Shown here: piece after piece, positions 26,001-37,599 of the stretch
Layout of the letters: every line of letters starts with the position of its first letter
How positions within the stretch are numbered: position 1 is the first letter of the stretch
Origin: Ramazzottius varieornatus
Taxonomy: Eukaryota; Animalia; Tardigrada
Direction: 5' to 3'
Assembly: GCA_001949185.1 (NCBI GenBank)
Contig: BDGG01000013.1
Span: 679,423 to 743,422, forward strand
DNA: 64,000 nt
Program-made: the position numbers and the translations under genes
Notes under the pieces: generated by a model
Databases searched by the model: none
What the model saw: only the letters and a program-made list of their open reading frames with translations
What the model was told of the DNA's origin: nothing

Positions 26001-27143
26001 TCCACCGTACTCTCAGAATTATTCGTAGGAAATTGAAATTATCAATAGATTGTCGTGACTGGTGCTCTTCATATGTCTCACTTACGATAATCCAGGTGGC
26101 GTTAGTCTGTGGACCGTGAATCTTCCGAAGAAGCACTTTCCGTAAGCATGATAACCAGTTAATGATTTCCGGTGTCAATATGCAAAAGCATATGGACCAA
26201 ATAACAGCCACATACTTTTCTTTGTGGAGCGAATCAGCTGAAAGAAAAAGATACAACCAGATTTAAATACCTATGTAGAAATTCTTAGAAAAATGTCTTG
26301 TCGGTAATGCTGTCTTCCAGTGACCGTGATAACGTACAGATTACCCTATCGAACCCGCTGCTGGGATCAATAAATCTGTTGGTAGCGGTTGCGTTGATTT
26401 TTCCAGGCCGGACAGTGGTGCTCGGAATGACCGCGCATTTTTGGCGTTCGGTGAGCAGGGTTCCATTGTGAATATTTGAGGTTAGTAATACCATGAACAA
26501 TTTGGATGTAATTCCTAACACAAATATCAGCAAGAATGTCACAACGTAGGCCACCACTTTGGACACTTGTAGTAATCCATCGAAGAATATTTTATCACAG
26601 CGCTTTGGCACTTCTATGGATTGAAGTTTGAAGGCGTCCCAGCCCGCTTGTCTTTGCTCCATCTCACTACAAAATAATCAGTGTTAAATGACAGTTTTGA
26701 ACTGTCGGCCTTGCCGATGAAGTCTGCCGGTCTTTCGAAAAGTCGGAAGAGTTTCACATGTTAAAACAACATCGTGACTGCAACGTAGTCACTGATTCCG
26801 CGGCAGCAATCCAGTGTTATCGTTGAGCGACCTGACGTAACCGCAAAAGTGCCCATCGGCAGAAAAGCCTCGCGAATTAGCCAGTCAAGATAACAAGTCT
26901 AACCTGAAGATGGTCTGAGTAATGCGGCCAAATAGCTGACACTTACCTGGGAGAGGAAGTGGCCTCTTGTTCACTTGAGAAAAGTGGAAAATCGCCCATT
27001 CTGGTGTCGGGCCGGCTGGTGACGGAACGGGTTGCCAACTGGAAAATATGCGATTTGGAGCTGGAGATTTCATACTCCTGATCGGGCGTCGGACTGTAGC
27101 CGTACCTCGACGCCCCAGATCGAGACGTGATATCGCAGTCCAT
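20097..27143 (-). CDS. Chitin synthase homologue (metazoan CHS, GT2) with degenerate catalytic motifs; ~11 exons, ~1,570 aa
   Basis: Scaffold motifs GWDAF, SVRWWENYV, KYACRIRIHVFSFSIP, LKSILLLDEEQCARR, DPDYFE, TPYG, HLKD, RWSQVM, GPIVWYQMFEY, ATEHMLG, ALMDDNV, FWRELITTYLSP, IEPTG..QFVAMLMHRWGTF. Manual splicing gives an uninterrupted frame. Confidence 0.95.
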
Positions 27144-27551
27144 TTTTAGAGTTTAGGCTGTAATTAATGCGGCTCAGGAAGCTCTGAAGACATAAGCCGA
27201 AAGCAATCCCCACCCGAACACCAACGGATATGACGTGAAGCGAGCAAACACTTTATCGATACTTGCGGCGACGTCGACAGAGCAGTCATGTCCAAGCACG
27301 AGCACGTAACAAGGTCGCTGTTGAGGAGCCCATGCTCAACCAACCACTTCCTTGTTCAGTCTACACTGGATGGAGAAACAATCATTCACACCTTCTTAAA
27401 GCACACTACCCTTAAAGTCGGCCTTTACGCAGATGAAACAGAAGGAAAGTTTTTCCTGCGAATGAGCTGCTCAGTGCTTTCGTCCAAATGTTCATCGCTG
27501 AGCTGAAGGAAGCCATGCATGTGAACCTAGGTAATCCTCATAACGAATTTC

Positions 27552-28380
27552 TATACAGAGGAAGCTCATGGTGCATGGATGTGGGCTGTGTTTTGATTAT
27601 GATAATAGACGGCCTTCACACCATGCAAAGTTACACACAAATCATGCTTACTTTACGCCAAGTCGTTGGCATGTGTATGCAAATAGCCATCGATGCTGTC
27701 AGGAGCTACTGGAAGCCATATGGCGGTGCATTGGTCAGTCAGCAGTCTTACGCAGCTGCCCATATGTGTGTTTGTTGTTTCAGGAGGATTCAACTTGCTG
27801 ACCAACATCTCTCAGCAATCGGACCTACTTAATGCGTTCACTGCAGTCGTCAACGAGCTACCTATTGTTGACTTGTCGTTAGCAAGTCAAGAGCATTGGT
27901 CGGAAGTTGGCAGCAAGATGGAGCCCGCTATTGCTTACGAAGTACTGTACCATCGGGCTGCATAGTGTACTCGGTACAGCAGTGGTTTTGGACCGTATAA
28001 CTTGCATCTCGTCGAGTTAGTGGTGAATGGAGAGTGACGGCGTGAAGTGCCACCGTACGGTTACTGGCAATTGAACAGCATCCATCGTCTCGGTGCCCGA
28101 TGATGTGACAGACAGACAAGGCACATCACTTACTGTACTCCCTCGATATCTTCGCGAACCTCGTTACTCATGGCGCAACCTACAGGATGTACGTCATCCA
28201 TACATACGCGCCTATTTGCCGTACGTCATGTACGTTCGTAGGTGGCGCCATGGGTATCAGGCTTCGCGGAGATATCGGGGAAATACATTATAAGGTGGTA
28301 TACAGAGGAAGCTCATGGTGCATGGATGTGGGCTGTGTTCTGATTATGATAATAGACGGCCTTCACACCATGCAAAGTTA
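27552..28380 (+). repeat. 82-bp direct repeat (27552-27633 and 28299-28380, one mismatch)
   Basis: TATACAGAGGAAGCTCATGG...CCATGCAAAGTTA occurs twice. Confidence 0.95.
28131..28290. mobile_element. TA-flanked Tc2/pogo-type MITE
   Basis: TACTGTACTCCCTCGATATCTTCGCGAA ... TTCGCGGAGATATCGGGGAAATACATTA. Confidence 0.7.
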
Positions 28381-29281
28381 TGACTTGTCCCCCGTTTCCG
28401 AGCACCAAATTTAAAAGGTGTTTTCTTCCGTTTGAGTGAAGTGTTTTATCTCAAACTTTTCGCGATATGATGCACCATCATTCGGCTTTCGAACGTACTC
28501 ATGGATGTCCAAATCTTCGGTGTTCGCCGAGAAGTAAATTCAGTTTAGCTAAAGTGTCTGCCTTATGAAAAACCCGTCACTTTGGGAAAAACAAACGTTT
28601 TGAGCGCTCAAATCTCTTCGAAAACCTGACAATGTCTGCAGAACTTACTCTAGTAAACGTCTTTTCAAAAGTACTATCGGGGGTTTTTCTTGTATGGGGT
28701 GCCAAAGTTATCCGAATGGAAACTTGGGCGCGAGTTCAGACACTAAATCTTGCCTCGCGAGAACTCTGAGAGTTCGATCGCTTATCAACTTTGGTCAGAA
28801 ATACAGCCTGATTTATCTGCCGAACATCTCAACAAAGGTTTTCAGGAAGTCCGTGAGACGACAAAAAATTAGTTCTGACTACCTCACTAAAGTGGCGGCT
28901 TTTGAAAGCTGGTTTTACACCCGCAAAAACAGAAATGCTTGTTTTCCAAATTCCACAAGCTGCAATGGGAAAACTCCTGACGGCTGTAATAAAGACCTAA
29001 CATTGGTCTACGGCGTGACAAGATCCGCTTTGAAGTTGATGGGACCAGTGTCGGGAGAAAAAAAACTGAAAAAATAGCGAAAATAATTTCCTCCTTTGAC
29101 TTCAAACCCGGCTTTCTCCTTCCGTTGTCAACGCATAGACCTGGTTCCTGCTGCCGTAAAAAGAGGAGTGTTAGTGGACAACACAATACATTGAGGAAAA
29201 GAGAGAAGATTAGAAACAAACTGCGAAAAAAATTATTAATGTTTTCCTTCGGAAAGGGACAAGTCATACTTCCGCGCCTGA
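28291..29281. mobile_element. Probable non-autonomous mariner-like element with an interrupted left TIR
   Basis: TATGACTTGTCCC at 28379 and its inverse GGGACAAGTCATACTTCCGCGCCTGA ending at 29281 resemble the TIR of the adjacent mariner. No transposase inside. Confidence 0.55.
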
Positions 29282-29345
29282 GAGCAGTGCACCAGTACTG
29301 ATCTGAAGAACTCTTAGGCTTTGACCAAGGGCAAACCGGCAAATA

Positions 29346-30629
29346 TCAGGTGATAAGGTATGACTTGTCGGCCACCAACATAAAATCTTATTACAACTTT
29401 CCCCAGTTTGAATCTAATCCTTTTCAATCGAAGTATTCACCATTACTATCGACACACTTTTGCCATTTTTCCGGCAGACAAGATAGGCCTTTACGGAAGA
29501 ACTCGAGAGAAAGAGAACCGGCGAAGTTCTCGAAGGCACTTTTCACAGCTTCTTCGGAATTAAATTTTCTTCCTCTCAAAAAGTTATCAAAATTCAAAAA
29601 GAAGTGATAATCTGTTGGAGCTAAGTCAGGACTGTATGGTGGATGAGGAAGAGTTTCCAGACCGAGCTCGCGTAATTTGGCAGAAGTCTTTTTCGCGGAG
29701 TGAGCTTTTGCGTTGTCGTGTAGCAGCAGGGGCTTGTCACGATTGACCAACTTTGGTTGCTTGACGGTCAGCTTCTTCATCATTTCCTCCAGTTCCAGAG
29801 AGTAGTAGTCTGCTACTTTTGTTTTGCCAGGAGGAAGAAAGTCATAGTGCACTATCCCTTCCATTGTCCACCAAACAGTAACCATGATCTTGCGTTGGTG
29901 AAGCTCAGGCTTTGGAATAGTTTTCGGGACTTCACCTGGACTCAAAATTACCTTCTTCCGCTTCCGGTTGTTGTAAAGAATCCACTTCTCATCACACGTA
30001 ACAATTCGATGCAGGAAAGGTTCGTTTCTGGAACGGTTGAGGAGAGAAAGACACACGTCCACACAATGCCTTTTCTGGAGTGCGCTAAGTTTATGAGGTA
30101 CCCACTTTTCCAACTTTTTCACCTTACCGATCTGACGAAGGTGCAAATCGATAGTCACGGGTGATATATTGAAGTGTTGAGACAATACGGCAGACGTTTG
30201 GGAAGGATCGGACTCCACCAGCTTTCTCAGCTCGTCGTTGTTCACTTTCAGTTTTGGCCTTCCGTGAGGGTGATCTTCAAGACTGAAATCTCTCGAACGG
30301 AAACGAGCATACCATCGTTCCACCGTACGTTCGTTAGTGGCTTCTTCACCAAACACATTGTTGATATTCCGGGCTGTCTGTGCTGCGTTGGTGCCGCGAC
30401 GAAATTCATACTCGAAAATAGTCCGTAACTTTCTCTTATCCATGGGCACGCCAACAACTCCACAGAGAGGGCAGAAGCAACAAACTAACATAAACGAAGC
30501 AGCGAAAGATAGTAGACGAACACTAGCATCGACACAAAAAAACGAGACGAAACGATCGCGCTAAAAGAGAGATATGGATTTTTCAATGTGAGACTGGTGT
30601 GAGCCGACAAGTCATACCCTATCACCTGA
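29346..30629 (-). mobile_element. Full-length mariner transposon
   Basis: 27-bp TIRs TCAGGTGATA(A/G)GGTATGACTTGTCGGC with one mismatch. TA duplications at 29344-29345 and 30630-30631. Length 1284 bp. Confidence 0.97.
29424..30443 (-). CDS. Intact mariner DD34D transposase, 339 aa, Hsmar1/cecropia-like
   Basis: MDKRKLRTIFEYEF..ARNIN..NERTV, WVPHKL, IVTCDEKW, LLHDNA, PPYSPDLAPTDYHFF; 34 residues between the second and third Asp. No introns or stops. Confidence 0.97.
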   Translation of the reverse strand: MDKRKLRTIFEYEFRRGTNAAQTARNINNVFGEEATNERTVERWYARFRSRDFSLEDHPHGRPKLKVNNDELRKLVESDPSQTSAVLSQHFNISPVTIDLHLRQIGKVKKLEKWVPHKLSALQKRHCVDVCLSLLNRSRNEPFLHRIVTCDEKWILYNNRKRKKVILSPGEVPKTIPKPELHQRKIMVTVWWTMEGIVHYDFLPPGKTKVADYYSLELEEMMKKLTVKQPKLVNRDKPLLLHDNAKAHSAKKTSAKLRELGLETLPHPPYSPDLAPTDYHFFLNFDNFLRGRKFNSEEAVKSAFENFAGSLSLEFFRKGLSCLPEKWQKCVDSNGEYFD

Positions 30630-30961
30630 TAATTTCATGAAGAAGTAACGAAACCGCCTGGGAGACGCTGCATAGTGTATTTTCTGGTTGACAGTAGGTT
30701 GACAGTAGGTTGCATTGTAGTAGTACCGGTGCTACTGCAAGCGTGATTCTCCGAGCAATCCGGATCGAAGAACGCAGTTCCCTATCCGAAGTTTGATTGA
30801 TGCGGGCATGATCATTCCACTAGCAGCCACGGTCTCGCCCAGTGATTAGCACACTTAGACAGCGAACTGCGAGTTTTTTGAATGGGTTTGAGGTACCTGG
30901 CGTGTATGGTTGTACCCAGCCAGGAAGCGTTGACTCGCATCGCAGCTGGGAACCCGGAAGT

Positions 30962-31106
30962 TACTGTAATGCTTCATGAACTTCGCGAAGCACGTCATCA
31001 TACGCGCAAAGATCCCTTAAGTGTTGGTAGGGCAAAATTTTCGGACCGGGGTTCGAGTGTACGCGTATGATGTCGTGTTTCGCGAAGTTCACGAAGCATC
31101 ACAGTA
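30962..31106. mobile_element. MITE family B (TA-flanked)
   Basis: TACTGTAATGCTTCATGAACTTCGCGAAGCACG ... CGTGTTTCGCGAAGTTCACGAAGCATCACAGTA. Related copy at 56923-57046. Confidence 0.8.
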
Positions 31107-33519
31107 TATCAGGGCGCACTCATATGACACAAAACTTCTGCAGCCATTGAACCAGAGATACTTAGCCTGGCCTAATACAGCAAACATGGAAGTAAAGTCA
31201 CCGTGTTTTTGCGTGAGTGTGAAGAAGAAGGTTGAGACAAATTGTTCCAGCGTACAACAGCCTGAGTCGCTTTCTTGCCAGAAATCTCCTCCGCATCTGT
31301 GCGACGTGATGACGTTTCCGGATCTGGATGACGACAGCGACACCATTCTTCGTATCTGAGCCAAACGCTTCTTCGACCAGCAATGTTATCCGCCAATCCG
31401 AATTCACTACCGTCTGGGAGATTACAGTGTATCGATACTTCGACAAGAAGGAAACCTGTAAGAAAATTTTACATGCAGTTCATCAATAGGGAAGCTTCAT
31501 TTCACCTCTGCGTTCAATATTAGGATCAGGCTATACTGCTGTGCCGTCTTCGTGCTGCTTTTCTCCCCTTCCAGCCCTACAAAGAAGTTGAACCGACAAA
31601 AGCCAGCCGATGTTGACCTTACCACTAGAAACGCAAGCGTCGTATTAGGATGGTTCTTTCAGTCTTGCGTTCAGAGTTCAGTACACAGTACCCCAGTTCG
31701 TCCGGTGCACCGTACCATACTTACGGAAAACGTGGCACCTTCCAAGGCAACGTTCTAGCAACCGGGTCAGCTGGCGCACCATGAGCTGTAGTTTGTACAG
31801 GATGGTTTGGATCCAGTCCCGCAGTACAACGCCGCAGGCCCGCTAAAGGTGCGCAGAAAGCGTCGGGTGAAGCGATTATTCCCACTGAAGCAAGAATACT
31901 ACCTAATCAGGGGTTTTTCATAAGGTAAATTTTGCGGCCTAAAATCTTTACTCTGGAACCGAATCTCCATTCCTTCCGAACAAGATATTCGGATGCAACG
32001 AGAAAAGTTGTCTTCAGTGGTACTGGGATACCCTATGAACTCGACGTCACATACACCATCGTTCCCGGAATATTCGGGAATTCGACTTGTGCACATTCGA
32101 CCGCGATTCGGCCCGTATAGACCTAGTCGTATAAACCTATTGTGCTGATTGAACAGCACAGCTGATCAGTGAGGCGATTTACGGGATTTGGGAGCGCCAC
32201 GGTGCGAGTTCGGGCTGGAGGAGCATCGAAAGGGGAGCTCGAATCTTCGGTGCGCAGGATATCTAAAAATTGAGCAGCCAACCAAAACGTAAATCGAAAA
32301 AGCTTTGACGGAGAGTCCATTACATTTCGGCACTGGTTTTAGTTCGCGGGAATCTGGACGGTGGAACCGCAACAGACGTCTGGACGAAGATAGGAATCGC
32401 AGTCGGTAGATGGCGCCATCTACAGCCATAACTCGACCATTTGAAGTCCCCGTTGACCCGTGCGTGTCGAACCAAAGCCACTCTCGTTGCGATTAGGCCA
32501 TGAAACTGCCGAAGAAGTTTTTTCGAGACAAACTTTTTCACGAACCGCACTAGATGAAACCTTCAACTTACAGAATGCCAAAGAATGAGAAATGTGAGAC
32601 AATCAACCACTAAGTTATAGGAAGAAAACCGCTCGCAGGTCGAAAATTCCTGCTCTCCTACCCTTCTCCGATTCTGGCCGCTACATTAACATTACTGCTT
32701 GGACATTACTGCTTGGAAGTAAGTAGGAAGCCTTGCTTCCTACTTACTTCTTATTGTCTCTCTGCATGCCTCCCTTTATTTTTCTACGCAGCGCGGTTCA
32801 TATGGTTAGTGAGCACTTCCCCCGCTATTTGCGATAAATGCAAGTTTTATGACTGGTTTCACGGCCCTAACCGCTGCGAGAGTGACTTTGGTCGATCACT
32901 AGAAGAAGCTCGTCGCTTCCATTCATTAGCGATAGGGGTGCGAACATAGATCTGATCGACGTTTTGAATTATGGCGGCTGCGTCAAACAAGTAATGGCCG
33001 CACCCCGCGCGATCTTGGAGATTCAGCTAAAGTCTGCGGGTGACATTAAACATCTAAGATTGCTGCTTAATTATAAGGATAACACCTGCATCGCTGCACA
33101 GCCGCGAAAGGATTAACAACCGACAATTAATTTCTAAAAAAAGTACTGCATAATGGGAGCTATCCAATCATTCATGCTTAGATCCTTCCGCTCTGGCTAG
33201 TTGGATTATTCCACCATTCGATCATGGCTGAAGATTAGACTGATCATGTAAGTTTTTCTGATGAGAACAACATAATCAAAATGTCAGCTTATCATAAGGT
33301 TTTCGAGAACGACCCTTTCTACGCTGCTGCACATGTATGTGCTTGTTGACGTGCTAAGTTATTTCCCTTTTGAACAGCGTAAAGTTGACAAGCGAGCAAT
33401 GATAGATTAAGTGTTAGTGACCTTTAAAGCACCAACGAGGGCTTCAGAAGCTGCAGTACCACTTGCAAATTCTACTGTGGCTACGCCAGTCCGGCGTCCG
33501 CACACAATATCGTAACAGA

Positions 33520-36500
33520 ATGGTTTCGGCTATGCTATCCAACTCATCCATCATCGTTAACTTTTCGACCCAGTCCGCTAACTTATCTTCGAATGTCAGT
33601 GGCGTTTCGTCAGATCGTCCAGACGAAGGTGCGGCATGGTGGCTCATGCTTCTGGTTATATTGGTTGTATTCATCACGGTTACCGCAAACTTTGCCGTAA
33701 TGCTCGCTTTCCTCATGGAGCCAAAATTAGGAACGCCATTCAACTTTTTGGTTCTCAACATGACGGTCGCTGACTTCCTAGATGGTGTACCGGACACGCC
33801 GCTGACGATTACAGGCTACACTTACTTCGGTTACTGGCCCTACTCCGTGGTCCTTCAGTGAACGACAAAATAAGCTTCAAAAATGGGTGTCAATGGAACC
33901 AGCTTGACACAGCAAATCAAATTTGCTCATTGGCTAAACGCTGATTTTGATTCCTCGTCCGTATTTGAGACCCTCCGCCCATTTTTGAAGCGTATTTTGT
34001 CATGCACTGTATGTTCGTTATGAATCTACGTGGACTACACTCTGTTAGCTGTCAGTATCTGATCAGTGATCATCATGTCCGTCGATCGCACGTGGTGCGT
34101 CACTTGGCCTGCTGCCTACCTAAGACTCAATCCTTAAACCAAATGTATCTGGGGAGTGGCATTTACCTGGATCGTCACGAATGTTTTCAACTTACCAGGT
34201 ATTCCGCTTTTGCCCGGTTAGATGTTATGTAGTTACCGTCCTTGGGATGTGTGGTCGAAAAACCCCGTTCTGGTTGGTGATCTAATACGACTCATCTGTT
34301 CTGCATGCCACGCCCAGGTCAAGCGGCTCGCTTGTCTCCCTTCCCCAGCTCTCCTGGGTACTGTAACCCTAAGCCTTGAAGTGATGTCACAGCTGAGTAA
34401 AAAATGGGATTGCTTCGGTAGATCATACGTCACGAGCGCGGGCTGAAATGAACTTTCAGGCGTGCCGTTTGTTGGCAGCTGAATTGTTCTAATAGGTTTT
34501 GTCTACACACGGATCTATTTTGCGGTAAATCAAACCGCATCCAGAGCATGTGTTTGGGATGCTGAAGGCCTTCCCCCCATCCAGAAATTCCCAGCGGTGT
34601 GTCGTACTGAGGCGAAGGATTTTCCATTTTATACTTCGCCTCAGCTCCTACATTCGCGGGGGGCTTTTAACGACTCAGCCGGAGCTGATACGAAGCTTAG
34701 TCGAAACTCAGTCGAAGTTCAGTCGTTGTATTATTCAGAGCTCAGATGAAGCTTCCGAACAGCTGCCAGCCGAAGCTGAGGCGAAATTCTGCTTAGACAA
34801 CAGCGTAAAAAAGTTTCGGTTTCGAAAAAAATCCAAGCGAAAGCAACCCTAGGTTCTGGAAAATAGAACACAGCAATTTCAAAACAGGACACTGAAATCA
34901 ACAGACCAAAATCAAGCTCAAAGGATACCAGACGTCCAGGGAAACAGTGTCGCGTCGACAAAAGAAACACTAAAGAAAACACGGGAACGTTCTGCAGTTC
35001 AGCGAAGGGATACTCGTTGGCTCCGACGACGCTGACGGTGTTCCAGTCTTTATGAGATGTTCCCATGTGCCGAATACGCGACCTAGAACAAGCCTGTCGT
35101 TGAGCGAAGATCGTCTTATCATCAGGGGACTGGGAGCATCAGGCATTGACTTACCCGTGAGTCAGGTTGGGAGTTCCCTTTCCGGTTTTCTACACATCCT
35201 CCATCCATCCCCAAAGCACCCTGTAGAAACAAAGACGAAACGGTTTAGCTGTTAACAAGATAAACAGGATAGACTGCCACGTTCAACCAAGAAAACGATC
35301 CGGGTCGAAGCTTTGTCGGGTTGACAGGCTGTGTTGAACTGGGCACGGCCTTGTTCTGCACACATGTGTGCGGCCAAGGCCGTGCCGCTGTTGATTACTC
35401 TAGACAGTCAACAATCAGCCGAACGAAATTTCCGAAAAGACATAAAGCAGATCTCACCTCTTCCTCCCACTTCTAATTACGGTTCACCGGGAGCTTGTGA
35501 GAGTTGTCCGATTAAGGATGACCAGGAGGCAGGAACAGAGCTTTGTGGTGGGTAGTAAACCATGTATCACTTCCTCAAGGCCTGCAAGAGAAAAATGCTA
35601 GGTGACGCACCAGCCCATGTTGAGACTGTCCATTTTGCGCGAGTTCGGCGAGTTGATCAAAGCCGTTGCCGCAGCGGAAAGATTTCCTTCCCACCTGGAT
35701 TCGGCTAACTCCACCGACATAGAACGCCCAAAAGATGCGGAAAGGGAACTCCCCTCTCACCTGCAGTGACGATGCAGAACCTGAAGCGGCAGACGTTCAG
35801 CTGGCAGCTTCAATGTCGAAAGAAGAATGGCCGGCCGTTGTAGACTTACCTTGGGTGAATCCAGAACACGCTTCACTAATAACGCTCTGCCAGCTGGATT
35901 CCTCTCCCTTAGCAAACAGGCCAGTAAACCTGCCCATCAACATGAGCACAGAACCACATTGATATGCAAAAGCTGAAACGTTCTAGAAGGATTACTTCAA
36001 AGAAGCGAGATAAAGCGACCGTTAAATCGAAGAAAGTGAAATTGCTTTTCGAGTTGAAATTCGTTCAACTCGCGTGGTGAGTTGATCGCCCAGCTTGATT
36101 GATCATCCACTGCGCTCAATCAAGCCATAACTCATTGATTGGAGCCAGTTCGCCCCAGCTTCGCCGCGTATTGTCGTGACAGTGACCAGTCGGAGCTGGC
36201 TCGCAGTAGAATGATGGATTTCAGACTTTCTGGGTAGGGTCCCGAATGGGCCACGTCGTTCTGGGGGTTCACAGTGGGAAACGGCTGGCTACCCATGAGC
36301 ATAGGTGTGGTTTGTTATGGCATCACCGTGAAACAATATTTGAAAAGCGGTAGGTCAGAAAAAACGGGATCGGCAAGCCATGCTGGTTCTGACCCTAATA
36401 ATAATTGACCCTATAATATAGAGATTAAGTTGCCACTCCCGTTCACTTTGCAACTGTAGCTACGGCCTTGCTCCGCCTCTTTCGTGACGTGTAACTACAT

Positions 36501-36898
36501 TTTGCTTTCCGGAGCTCCCCTTATTTTGGAAAAATAGCGCAATCGGAGTTACGGTTGGCTAGCATTGGGAAGCATGGTGGCTGCCCAACTATTCAAAGTT
36601 CTGATCAGCTGCTGCGCTTATGAGTGACGTTGCAACTCATCTTAGCTACAGTGGGACTTTCATCTGGCGGTGGCAACTTAATGTCTGTAATACAATGCTG
36701 ACGCTGTGGATGTCTTGGTATGTTCACGTGTTCAGAGAGACGTTAGCTGGTGCTACCGATTCGTTTGAATTTGTCACCGCTGCCGCCTGGCTGGGTATTC
36801 TACCCTCGACGCTGAATCCTTTTCTTTTCAACGCGATGAACAGTGATGTGAGACAGACGTTTAGGAACATCCTTCGCACGACAGGTCCGCAACGTTAA
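33520..36898 (+). pseudogene. Class A (rhodopsin-like, aminergic-type) GPCR pseudogene
   Basis: TM1-2 TVTANFAVMLAF..LGTPFNFLVLNMTVADFL..GYWP; TM3 CSL*IYVDY..MSVDRTWCVTWP; TM4 AFTW..LP; TM5 GWLPMSIGVVCYG (~36240-36350); TM7 STLNPFLF. Stops at 34021, 34060 and 34135, plus a MITE insertion. Confidence 0.85.
33856..34009. mobile_element. Tc1-like MITE inserted in the GPCR coding sequence
   Basis: CAGTGAACGACAAAATAAGCTTCAAAAATGGG ... CCCATTTTTGAAGCGTATTTTGTCATGCACTG|TA. Removing it restores YWPYSVVL-CSL. Confidence 0.85.
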
Positions 36899-37143
36899 CG
36901 AAGCTCTGATCGAATGCCGGACACGGACCAAAGCATCCCTTTGTCAGAGCCGAAAAGCTGAGATATTCACACCGTTTTCACGCACGGTTAACGAAGTTCT
37001 TCTGATATAAAATGTTTCGGAAACCCAGATCAGCATTGCGTAAACAACTTACAGTATGTCCGATCATTGCAGCACCTGTCCCTTTATCTGTGCACCCTAA
37101 AGTTTGGCATTTCTGTCTGAATCTTAAACAGCTTGCACATCCG

Positions 37144-37311
37144 TACACGCGCCTGGCCTAAATATGGGGATGGACAGAAATGTGAGGAACGGAGCGAAAG
37201 AGACTGTGCTTCGATTGATTTAGTTGATTGGTCAACCACAGCTGGCCCGTATCGCTTTCGCTCCGTGGCCCACATTTTTTTCCATCCCCACATTTAGGCC
37301 AGGCACGTGTA
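37144..37311. mobile_element. MITE family C (TA-flanked)
   Basis: TACACGCGCCTGGCCTAAATATGGGGATGGA ... TCCATCCCCACATTTAGGCCAGGCACGTGTA. Confidence 0.8.
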
Positions 37312-37352
37312 CACAATGTGCTGTTTGATCACAGAACCACAAGCATGAAGTA

Positions 37353-37599
37353 GGTTCGGCCAGACGTCAGTCAGTGGCCAACGGCTGTTTTGGCAGCAAA
37401 AAATCCTGTTTTGGCAGAGTTTGAACTGTTTTTGCCGCGTCCTTTGGCCGATCAGTGCACGACTTCCATACCGGTCAAGATATCTTTAGCCATGGCCAAA
37501 GCGACCAAAGCCACCAAGTGGACAATGGCCGAACGGCTAATCGTCATTCTGGCCGCAGCTAAAACAGCCGTTGGCCACTGACTCATGTTTGGCCGAACT
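37353..37599. mobile_element. MITE with ~44-bp TIRs and TGGCC-rich interior (possibly Harbinger/Tourist-like)
   Basis: GTTCGGCCAGACGTCAGTCAGTGGCCAACGGCTGTTTTGGCAGC ... GCAGCTAAAACAGCCGTTGGCCACTGACTCATGTTTGGCCGAAC. Confidence 0.75.

Noticed and set aside
30686-32716. Short tandem duplications (11 bp near 30686-30712; 14 bp at 32689-32716) and short ORFs at 31-32.5 kb
   Set aside because: No consistent splice model or recognisable domain; the duplications are likely slippage or repair scars.
34021-34137. Two TGA codons at Trp-like positions of the GPCR, suggesting UGA=Trp recoding
   Set aside because: The same frame also has a TAA and a MITE insertion, and TGA is a normal stop in other genes here (e.g. 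GR, mariner). Simple TGG->TGA decay explains it.
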